A stretch of 64,000 bases of DNA from Mizuhopecten yessoensis (taxonomy: Eukaryota): NCBI RefSeq assembly GCF_002113885.1, contig NW_018408891.1, positions 621,633-685,632 on the forward strand, in the 5' to 3' direction. The notes below the pieces were generated by a model that was given only the letters and a program-made list of their open reading frames with translations, had not been told where the DNA came from and did no database searches. The position numbers and the translations under genes were made by a program. This document shows, piece after piece, positions 14,601-25,660 of this stretch (position 1 is the stretch's first letter; the number at the start of each line of letters is the position of its first letter).

Positions 14601-15849
14601 ACTGTCTATGATCTTATTAAATGTATTGACGTTTGTACACTGCTAACATAACTTAATTCTTTTTAGACAATTATGGAAAATGTTTTCTGTTCATCGTCCA
14701 TTTGTTTTAACCAGCCTAACTACATTTAACAGTCATACAAATCAGAACTACAATTAAAGCTATTGGTATGTATTACAGGTGGAAGTGTCACGTGACAGAA
14801 CGGTAAGAATTCGCGAACATTCATTACAAAGGGTGCTGCTTCAGGTACGTCAATATGCCACATATATCATAATACAAGTCAAATTAAAAGTTCATAGGTG
14901 AAAGTAGTGTAAGAACAATAGTTAAAAGACAATGAAACAGTTATTGTCTATTGTCGTATCCTAATTGTGTAGGTATCATATCAGAGGCTGACTGCTGTAG
15001 AATTCGTATTTCAAGGTTTAACACAAACTTTGATGCACATTTCTCTATGTACATTTACAAGCATAATACAGATACTAAATCAGCTACATTTTGTATTATG
15101 TTAATATTCCTTCATCTGTTGTATCAACAGCATGTGTGTAGCATCTACGAAAATGTGTTTTTTGAAAGGTTATTCTCATTACTAGTAAGGGAAGTCAGCG
15201 GGAGAGAGCACTATCCTTTTTTTGCGGCAGTTTCAAGCTTATTCGACGGGCGTATGAAGTTTCCGTTTAATGTGCCCTGGTTTAGTTATTTTGTCTTTTT
15301 TTTTTCACAAACCCATCCTTATTTAATTGACTCAAGAAAGAATAAATATGCAGCTTGAATATATGTATATATAAAGAGTGTATATTGATTCCGTGGCTTA
15401 TAGCGAGTATCCTAATCCTTCTTTGTACGAGTCACCTTTTTTTAAAAATAGCATCTGTGTTTTGCCATGTTTTACGTCCCCGAAACGGAGCTTTTCAAAC
15501 TGAACGTTAGCTTGTACTCTTTGTACTCTGTTTATTGTCAGGTCAAGTCTTCCCCGTATGGGTTGGTGACTTCTGTAGGATCTCGTCAGTACGTCATCGG
15601 AGTAGGCAACAAGTTAACCTTGTTATAGTTTAGCTGACATCCACATGTACTGTGCAGTTCCGAATACGACGAGGTGATATTGAATGAGTTTCGATTTTAT
15701 ATTGGAAAACAATATCCGGACTTTGAGAAAGAAATACGCGAATATACAAATAACGATATATACTTTCAGCAATAAATATGTAGTAACGTAAAGTTTTCCA
15801 AACCCAAAACCACTCGAACGTTCTGATCACACTGAATTGTTAGTATTGA

Positions 15850-16372
15850 CTATATATCAAGTTTAGTCAATATACAATTTGGACTATATATAGTAAGGTG
15901 GGTCTGTATTTAATAAGTTTGGTCAATATATAGTAAGTTTTGTCTAAATATGGTACGCTCGGTCTATGTATATCAGTAGTAGGTTTGGCATATAAATAGC
16001 AAGTTTGGTATATATATAGTAAGTTTTATCTATATATAGTGAGTGTTTGTCTGTTTTCAAAGCTACATGTATATATAGTGAGTTTTGTCTATATATAGTG
16101 AGTTTCGTCTATATGTAGTACGTCTGGTCTTTATATAGAAAGTTTGGTCTATTAATAGTGAAATTTGACTATGTATAGTACGATTGGTCTTTATATAGAA
16201 AGTTTGGTCGATGTATACAGTGAAATTTGTCTATATATAGTACGATTGGTCTTTATATAGAAAGTTTGGTCGATGTATATACATCAATGTTAAGTTTGGT
16301 ATATATAGAGTAAGTTTGGTCTATATATAGTGAAATTTGTCTATATATAGTAAGAGTTTGTCTATTTATAGA
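15850..16372. repeat. Degenerate ~20-bp AT-rich minisatellite
   Basis: Recurring TATATATAGTAAGTTTGGTC-like units. Confidence 0.85.
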
Positions 16373-17504
16373 GCTGTAGTAAGTTGTTAGTTTAGCATGA
16401 TAAAAAAGGATTAAATGTCCATGTGAAGGAAGTAAATAGAGAAAAAATAAGATTATCAACCGATTAAAAATAAATTTATTCTCTTTCAATAGTTTTCGAA
16501 TTGTACGTGTATTGTTCGTTATTTCTGTAACTCTTCATTTTTGGAGGAAATAAAGGAAATAATAATAGAGAGAGCCAAGGTAAAGAGTACCAATGCTTCA
16601 GTTATAATCCCGAAATAGAGTTCCACTTTGAATTTAATTTCAAAAAACTACTTTGAGTATTCCCCCCTTCTATATAGAAGATGAAGCCTCTAAAAGGATT
16701 ATTTTCTGGCATAGAGTAATTGTAACTGTAACCTCTCAATTGTTTTCATATGCTGTTCGACTTATAAATTGGTCACTCATTTAGTGCTGTATTGTATAGT
16801 TTGTTATGGCAAGATTTGTAAAATGTAAGTTTTGCAATGTAAAAGTCCGAAGTTTAACCCAACCACAATTATATCAGATGTATGCCAGCATACAATTTTC
16901 ACTTTAATTTGAAAGGATCAAACAAATATAACAGTGACAATGGTGGAAATATGGTTCAACCTTTAACCTGATGGTTCCCTTTACCGTAAGTGGCACTCTA
17001 CATTATAACGTCGCAAATCCATGTCACATTTGTAATTTCCGTCAATTGTTATACTTTAAACTAAACAGACACAGATACAGCTCCATAGGAGACAACGGAC
17101 GACCCACTGCAGTAGTCCCCATCGATCCGTCCCGGGAAGACAAACAAAGGGGGTCCCCGGTATGGTTGTGGGGCCAGCTGGCGAGGTGTCGGATCGATAC
17201 ACCGCGGGATTAGCGTTGTGTCTCCCACTCTGTCAGATCGTGTAAACAAAGAAATCGTACTATTTTATATGTTTCAGTCTATTCGAAGAATGCTTTGACC
17301 GTTTCGCCGTGTGTCCGATCATGTATCTAGTTATTTCATGACAGAGGTCGTTTGCGGTAAGCCGATTGACCATTACAACCCATTGTCTGACTTTTGTCAC
17401 CTCATGTAGGTACGTAAGCTGTCCTTCCTAGGGAATCGAGTCTAGTTCATCAACCCGTATACCATTTTGTCCATGACTATATATAATTGTGTCAACACTG
17501 ATAC

Positions 17505-17966
17505 CCTACTTGCGCACTCGTGAAAAATATAAAAATATATATTTGTTATTTCTGAAGACACCATTAAATTTTCTATTTATTACATTTTTAAAGCATAAAA
17601 AATGAAAAAATGTAATGCATTAAAAAAGGGCGGATTCATTATTAGAACCATATCCTAATGACGTCACACTTGACAACAAGGCTGCGCGCCATTTTGAATG
17701 AGATACTCAACGAAATTCCGACGTTTTCTGCTATTTTCTGGTATTATTGCTTATTTTACTGTCGCTTCATTTGATTCTGAACAAAAAATCGTTGCCTTGA
17801 ATGCAGCAAATAGAAGATAACGTTATGATTGGTCAATATCAAAAAGTGATATTTTCACACTGTGAAAATATCACTTTTGATATTTGTCACAGTATGACAG
17901 ATTTCAGTTTTATAAAGTTATCTAGTTGATAGAGTCGGATATTTCACTGGCAAAAATGTAATAACT
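17505..17966. mobile_element. Non-autonomous DNA element with subterminal inverted repeats and an internal perfect palindrome
   Basis: TTATTACATTTTT (~17577-17589) pairs with AAAAATGTAATAA (~17952-17964). Internal GCGCGCCATTTTG motif. Palindrome AAAAGTGATATTTTCACA-C-TGTGAAAATATCACTTTT at 17842-17878. Confidence 0.6.
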
Positions 17967-18937
17967 GATATTTCTTCGTGTTATCTGAAGGTACATGTAG
18001 ATGTGTTTTTTTGTCATTAATAAAGTTCTCGATAAGAGGTAAAGACATTATTTGGGTTTGAACTAGATTTACATCGTATCGTTGATGAAGCAGAGAACGC
18101 TGTCCACTCCGGAACACATGGTCTAATTGAAGTGTCTCTGTATAAGGCATTCCTTTTCGAATTATGGCTTAGTTTACACAATGCATTCTTTTGTTGTTCA
18201 TACCGAGCTTCGTCTATTCCCTATGACATATATTGGTCTGATCGTCGTACACATATTACCAAACAGGTACTGTTTGTTTATTGTGTTTTACTGGCTCCAC
18301 GTCTACTTGTAGTTCGGCTATCCAGGAGGCAGTACACACTGGCGCTATTATACTAAGGTATTTTTAGTCTTGTCCGGAAAACCGTTGACTTTTACAACCT
18401 AATAAATGTGGAATTTCTCAATCATCTTTCATACAGAATTTCCCGTCAAACATGCCAACCATTGTGATTCCTCAATAATGACAAATCAGAAATTTAGTAA
18501 GTTCAGATTGGTTATTCAATTTATCTTATCTCAATATTAAGACTATCAAGACTAAGACTAAGACTATATCAAGATTAAAACTCTCTGATATCTCAGAATT
18601 TATCTCTAGTTTTTCTTTTATGTTTCATTCCTCCACTTTCCTTAGGTTTACACATAACATAAACTATTTCGTAGGACAGCAGACGGAGAAATACAAAACA
18701 TAAATCTGCCGTATACGTTTACCGTCGCCATAATATCATCACCCGATGATAATGTTAATTAATTAATTGAATACATGTCTTTGATTTGAAGGAAACCTAT
18801 CTGAAAGGTGCCACATAATGTTAAGGAAACGACATTGACTTGGAACATCCGGATCACCTTGTTTTGTTTTATCCGGATCATCTCGTTTTATTGTTCAGAA
18901 TCTATAATAAATTTCCTTTTGTTTTGGCATGTCCTGA

Positions 18938-19311
18938 GTTCCGAATGCTGTCTTGTTATATAGTTCCGAATACTGTCATGTTATATAGTTCAGAATGCTG
19001 TCGTGTTATATAGTTCCGAAAGCTGTCTTGTTATATAGTTCCGAGTATGGTCTTGTTATATAGTTCCGAATGCTGTCTTGTTATATAGTTCCGGATGCTG
19101 TCTTGTTATATAGTTCCGAATGCTGTCGTGTTATATAGTTCCGAATGCTGTCTTGTTATATAGTTTGGAATGCTGTCGTGTTATATAGTTCCGAATGCTG
19201 TCTTGCTATATAGTTCTGAATGCTGTCTCGTTGTATTGTTCCGAATGCTGTCTTGTTATATAATTCCGAATGCTGTCGTGTTATATAGTTCCGAATGCTG
19301 TCTTGTTATAT
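18938..19311. repeat. 25-bp tandem minisatellite, ~15 copies
   Basis: Unit GTTCCGAATGCTGTCTTGTTATATA with period 25. Confidence 0.97.
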
Positions 19312-20334
19312 CGAATTATAGCTCGGATTTTATTCTTGTGTACGTTTGATGACAATAATCTACTTGCTGCTGACTCGCGTGTTGTGGTAAATGTGTTCTA
19401 GTAAACCGCCTTTTTTTAAACATTTTAGCATCTAACACACTGCATTGTAAGTGCCACAAATACCTACAGACAGGTATATTGATGTATCAGATATAGTAGT
19501 ATCTTTAATAGAGCTCATCAGTTTTTAAATATGTGATATCAAAGTTAAATTTTACACGCAAACAATGTACGTTCATGTATTAAACGTGTCGCAATGTTTC
19601 CAGACGGACTGGTCTGTTTGTCAAACTATGACGGATGGTGATAAGTACATTGTTAGTACATAGAGTTATACTTTGATATCAGATGTATTTGAAGGTTTTA
19701 ATTGTAATAGTAAATAAATATGCTTGTTCCGATATCGTACAAAATTCCATAGTTATCGTGCGACTATCTTTGTGAGAAGCATTGGCAAGTTTTAATATCT
19801 GAGGCTTAGTCCCTTGTTAAGAGGGTAATACTAAATATGTTGAAAATGCGTCAACACATTGCATTAGTAAACACGTAAAACAGGTATTTTGTTAATCAAA
19901 GAACACATGTACACGTGCACACGTGTCATCAACACGTTCAAGGACGTCGAATGAATCGTGAAACTCTAAACACACAAAAAGGCAGCACACACCAGTTATC
20001 GCCCTCGCTATCAATTTTGGTATTGACTTATAGTCTGTTGATGGTTTAACTCATCCATAATGTATTGTATAAAGTTTAAAGTGAACAGCTCATCTCGGCA
20101 AGCTAATAATAAATTATTCACAAATCACATTTCCTCTTCGGCTTGGGATTAGTATATGTATTAATAAATATCTTGGATACATACTAAAAATGCACATCTT
20201 TTCCCCCGACTATACGTGAACTCAAAAGACATCTAGAACGAGTCCTATATGCATAGCTAACCAGCGCTGCACGTGTGTTTACTACACGCATGTATAAACA
20301 ATCTAAACAATGTCGTTGTGAATTCCTAGAGCGA

Positions 20335-20753
20335 GATATTTATAAAGGAACCAGCCAGACACGGCTAGCCACGCGTACAACTTCAGGGGGAGGGCATGTC
20401 TATTGTTTACGAACCGGAGACTGTAGCAAGGCAAGATTATGGACTGGTAGCTACACCGTGGCATTTAATGTTTTTGACGAAATTCAACGTGACGTTGAGT
20501 AACACACACACACTTCCGGTATCGATCGAGCACAAGATAGCCTTGGACAGGATTAACACGTACGACACTCTTGCACACTGCCGCGGTAAAGGCAAGCTAT
20601 CACTTTAAACAAAGGGTGAGGGTTAAAGCCTGTGATTCATTGCCAGGATTAAGAATAATTGCAGGTTTTGAAGAATGCAGAGATTGATATTCAACGTGCA
20701 GCGCACATGGTTAACGGTTTTGCTCATCTACACATCGGGGGCCGCCATCTTGG
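20335..20753 (+). promoter_or_regulatory. Candidate core promoter/5' regulatory region of the K2P gene
   Basis: TATAAA at 20341-20346 followed by locally CpG-richer sequence. YY1-consensus GCCGCCATCTTG at 20741-20752. Motif-only evidence. Confidence 0.35.
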
Positions 20754-21086
20754 ATTTCGATGTTTACATTCCTAGAAAGAGGAACTATATCATATTTTAA
20801 CATTATTTTACTTAGTATGCTTGTTCGCGTGTATATATATCACAAGTGACACACATTCGTATTTGAGAAGGATTTGTTATTATCAGTGACAAGGATTGTT
20901 GTTGACTATTGTAACGTATTCAATAAGTACACAGGGGATACTACTTGTAATAGCATTATAGGACTACATATATAGGTCATGTCACACTGAGCCATTCTGA
21001 TATCCGAACAACAGACGTTATGTATCCATTGTTGTTAGACTCTACTGGAACCATGCAGTTTAGTTTCTTGTCCTAGGTAACAGAAG

Positions 21087-21369
21087 ATGAAGCGACAGAA
21101 CGTTCGGACTCTCTCCCTGATCGTGTGTACCTTTACTTACCTCCTGATCGGGGCGGCTGTGTTTGACGCCCTGGAGTCTGAGTACGAACTAGAGAACAAG
21201 AGGCGACTGTTGGAGGAGGAAGACGAAATTCTAACAAGGTATAACATTTCTGACTCGGATTTTAAAGCCATTCGACACAATGTGATCTGGTCCCGTCCTT
21301 ACAAGGAAGTCACTCAGTGGAAGTTCGGAGGTGCCCTGTATCTTTCATTGGTGGTCGTAGCAGCGATCG
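21087..21369 (+). CDS. TASK-subfamily two-pore-domain K+ channel (KCNK3/KCNK9/sup-9-like), coding exon 1 (M1, cap, pore helix 1; codons 1-94 plus 1 nt)
   Basis: N-terminus MKRQNVRTLSLIVCTFTYLLIGAAVFDALESE is nearly identical to vertebrate TASK-3/TASK-1. N53-I-S glycosylation sequon and QWKF motif present. Ends at phase-1 donor G|GTAAGT (21370). Confidence 0.96.
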
Positions 21370-21733
21370 GTAAGTAATTATCTTAAAGTGCCCACAAAAT
21401 TTAATTAACAAAAAAATGTAAATCAAAAGAAACTATATGTAAGTTGTGTTTATTATCAACAAAGGCTATTTTTAGTTCAGATGCATTCTATATTGATTTT
21501 ATATTTTTGAATAACCATGTTTCATCAGCAACAAAAGAAATTCAACGGATTTTTGATGCGAATATGAAAATATATTTATTTTGGTGTTTTCTAACGCTTT
21601 GAGGTATTGATTAATATCAGCATCAGCTATATTAATACATTAATTCATTACACGTGTTGTACACTTTATCATGCACTGCGTAGTATATGATTCAATATTT
21701 CCATGGCATAACATAGCAGTTCTATTATTTTAG
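21370..21733 (+). other. GT-AG intron (364 nt, phase 1) splitting the first Gly of the P1 GYG motif
   Basis: GTAAGT...TTATTTTAG. Splicing gives G|GT TAT GGC CAC (G95-Y96-G97-H98), in frame with ATG 21781. This matches the intron position known in vertebrate TASK genes. Confidence 0.93.
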
Positions 21734-22554
21734 GTTATGGCCACAGTACACCAAAAACGATCGGCGGAAAACTCTTTTGTATGTGCTATGCCCTGGCAGG
21801 AATTCCATTATGTATGATCATGTTCCAAAGCGTCGGTGAAAGACTCAACACTTTTGTGACATTTGCATTAAGGCAAGTCAAGAAATGCTTCCGGTTGAAA
21901 AACAAAGAGGTAACCCAAACGGATTTAATATTTATAACAATGAATTTATCCACCTTAATACTGACCTGTGGTGCCCTGGTGTTTTCACATGTGGAAGGCT
22001 GGACTTATGTAGACGCATTCTACTACAGTTTTATCACATTGACGACCATAGGTTTCGGGGACTTTGTCGCGCTCCAACAAGATAATATGGTACAGAGCAA
22101 ACCACATTACTTTGCTTTTAGTATCTTATTCATTCTATTTGGTTTAACTGTTATTTCGGCAGCCATGAATTTACTGGTTTTGCGGTTTCTTACGATGAAC
22201 ACAGCGGACGAACTTAGAGACGAAAGAGAGGCTGCAGTAGCGGCCCGAAATGCAGTGCATCTTGAAGGTGACGTCATAACCGGAAATAACGGAGTAGTCT
22301 CTAACCTGCAAGAACAGCCCATCGGACCGATAGTAGAGGACACTCTCTCTGTATGTTCTTGCTCGTGCTATAAGTGGAGGTCACCAACTGACAAGGTCTA
22401 CTCGACAAGTCCCATGGCTAATCATCTGCGTAGAAAATTTAAGGCAAAGAAGGGAATGGACAGTCACGAATACTCGAAGGATGCCGAAAGTAATATCTCC
22501 GAGGACACCGACTCCTTCATCAACTGGCAGAGGGATAAACGGGCATCACTTTGA
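21734..22554 (+). CDS. TASK-subfamily K2P channel, coding exon 2 (P1 GYGH, M2, M3, P2 TTIGFGD, M4, C-tail). Spliced protein 367 aa
   Basis: GYGHSTPKTIGGKLFCMCYALAGIPL, FQSVGERLN, TLTTIGFGDFVALQ, X-gate VLRFLT (243-248), C-terminal KRASL-stop (TGA 22552-22554). Confidence 0.96.
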
Positions 22555-23378
22555 ACTACAATTATACGTTGTGTACATGTAGCCTATACATCTTTCTTAA
22601 TATATTCTATTATTCAAATATATAATGGGTTCTTGTCAAAACATACTCTATGACATGTGTTTTATTTAAAAAAATCATTTCTTTTTCGTAAGACACAAGT
22701 TAATAATTTTACCTATAAATCGTCAAACAAGAGTGAAATATTTGATACTCAACGGAAAATCATTAAACTAGTTTTGGTTGTCCTTACTTATAACAAATGT
22801 ACATCACCTGTTACAAAGATGTCAAAGTTCATATATGTTCTTATTGTAATGCAGCACGCTGTACCTGGTGACACAATGAACAGTTAATGACGGGATTTTT
22901 TTTTGTGTCTAAACAAATTATATAATAGACTCTGCTTTAATTCATTGTCATACAATGAAATACTATTTTTATCATTAGAGTACAAAAAGTACCTTAGCAA
23001 TGGCCACTAATGAGGCACCACGTTCTGTGTGTAATTTGGGAACTGAAAACATAGTCCCTATACAGCTCCATCAAAAAGAGATGAAACGATGTAGTTAAAG
23101 ATATAACTTTTGTCATGTCGCTGGTAAAAATGTTATATTTATTATCCTACCTCTCAGAAGTGAACTGGAACAATATAAAATATATTTATGCACATAAGTC
23201 AGGTTTGAATGTGAACAATTAAAAACAAAAACAGTGTTTGTACACAATGTAAAAACGTTATTTCAGATCAGAATTTGTACATTAAACAACAATCATGTAA
23301 AAAATATGTCAGATATGAATTTGTGCTGTTAAAAGCAACTATGTACAAAAGCTATGGTAGATGTTAATTAGTAGGTTG

Positions 23379-23600
23379 AAAAGCTCAGTCAGATATTAAT
23401 TTGTAAAACTATAAAAAAAAATATGTAGAAACAGTTATGTGAGATATGAATGTCTACATTCAAATTATGTATGTTAAAAAGCTCAGTCAGATATTAATTT
23501 GTAAAACTATAAAAAAAAATATGTTGAAACAGTTATGTGAGATATGAATGTCTACATTCAAATTACGTATGTTAAAACAGTTATGTCAGATATGAATTTG
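23379..23600. repeat. 98-bp tandem duplication with shorter internal subunits, downstream of the K2P stop codon
   Basis: GCTCAGTCAGATATTAATTTGTAAAAC... at 23383 and again at 23481. Confidence 0.9.
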
Positions 23601-25459
23601 TTCAACTAAAAATGTTTTTTTTTTTTAAATGTGAATTTGTACAATTTAAATATGTTTTCAAGATTTAAGTTAGATAGCCCATCGAATAACTCAAATTTTG
23701 TATGTAGGACATAAAACAGATATTTATTCCCAAGGTAAAAAAACCTGTCATTGGATAAATTAATATCACTAAGAACTTGTCCTAATGAATGCTCAATTGA
23801 ATAATGAAACACATCTTAAAAATAAATATCATAGAAATTAATGATGATTAAAGACGAAATAGAAAAAAAAATCTTAAAAATACTTGATTTAAGTATAGGT
23901 TATTAAATGTGTTGCCGTGTTCTAAACAATCCTTTGACTTGCTGCGTTTTATGCACCTGTTTAATCTTAATTTGAGACTCCAAGTATTGACAGTTTCTTA
24001 CGTATATTGTTTTTTCACAGGTGTAAATATCTAACTATATTTTTTGTTTGCATATAAACGGCTGTTAACAGATATTTCTTACTTTTAATTGGTTATATAT
24101 ATACAATATCAGTTACATAATTAACTTCAGCTATACTATAAACTAGAATGCAGGCCTATATTCATCAAGCCTTTCCGATCCTCAATATCATATTATATAC
24201 TCACACCTCTTATCTATGTTGGTACACTCCTAATGATGTAACCATAGCAACAGAATCAGCATTTAACATGGAAATGGTATTAAACAATAGACTAGGTACA
24301 GAAAGCAACCACCAGCATTCCGAATTAATGAAGCCTCTATTTAAAAATAAATTGAAACAGAGAGCCAAAAAACATTCGTACTGATTCAAATGGCCATTTC
24401 TTTAATTTAGGACAGGAAGGAGAAAGGCGCCTTCAAACCCCATTACAACATTAAAAATTTACAACTTTTAGACTCAACACATAATTTAATGTTACGGAAG
24501 TGTTTCATGCAAGCCGTGCCAGAATGTAGTTCAGCTGCCGAGTAACACCATATGAAATAATCTGAGTTACTTGTTAATGTCATTTCAAATTAATCTCGAA
24601 AATTGTTTTATGAATACATGTTAAGAACTGAAAGCAATGAGTTTGAATTTTCTAACAGGATAGTGTCTGCATTGTTATCGAAGTTCACATATCTATCCAA
24701 AAACAAAATGTAATGAGAAGTTAGTTGTATCGATTTGTATAATAATCATGATGAAAGTTTCAAACAGTATCATGTTGTTGAAATACGTTCTCTAATGAAA
24801 GCACACCAATCAGTTAATGCACAGGAAGTGATTTCTGTTCTCAGTCTTGATTCGGTTTTTGCCACTTCGACAAAAGTACTCCCTTCCCAACCCCGCCTCC
24901 ACCCCCTACACACACATTAACATTGCTGAGGCATACTATGGCTTTGATCAACGAAGCGTGAACAACAAATGTCTGATTTGATACGTTACATGTACATTCA
25001 ACATTCCATCATATATTATTTACACGGCAGTTTGTATTGCTTGACTTATTGTTTAAATTCGTTTGATACATGCACAATGTATATTTCTTCGAACAAAGAT
25101 GATTAAATGTAATAATTGTATGTATATAAAAAATATTGTATATTTGGAGGATTACCATGACATTTAAACTTTTTTTTACAATCAAGATTTTATTGTTAAT
25201 TATTCTATTTCTTCCTTGTCTTCTTCATCATCATGATATGCGATTCGTGCTTTTGTTAGCCTGTCAATTTAGCTCTGTGTAGTATCAGTTGTTTGTTTTA
25301 TATATACTAGTTATTTTCGACAGATCTATATTTATCTAATTCACTTAGATCAAATTAGTGTTATTGTAAGCATATTTTGCTACATATGTAATTCATTAAG
25401 ATAAAATTAGTGGTATTATAGCCAGATTTATATAATGGAATATTGATTTAATTAAAATT

Positions 25460-25660
25460 ATTAAGGGTTGAAAGCACTTCCCCTTTTGTTAATACATTTT
25501 CAGTGGTTTAGATAAAATCTATTTGAACTTTCCAATTGTTTGACCCCAAGCACCACCGATGATAATTAGAAGGATGAAAAAGCAGTGTAATTCATGTTCG
25601 TACATTGTATCCGATTTTAAAGGTGTGATTGCCTCTCTGTGTGCTACGTTCATCATTCTA
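25460..25660 (+). mobile_element. Degenerate copy (locus C) of the hammerhead-containing repeat family
   Basis: GCACCA-CCGATGA(25556-25562)...GAAGGATGAAA..GCAGTGTAA. Flanks ATTAAGGG..GCACTTCCCC..CAGTGGTTTAGA and TTAAAGGTGTGATTG..GTGTGCTACGTTCATCA resemble loci A and B. Stems II and III are destroyed. Confidence 0.6.

Noticed and set aside
21087-21377. 96-aa ORF and the 257-aa ORF at 21781 as two separate genes
   Set aside because: A canonical GT-AG intron joins them in frame and rebuilds the GYG motif, giving one 367-aa protein.
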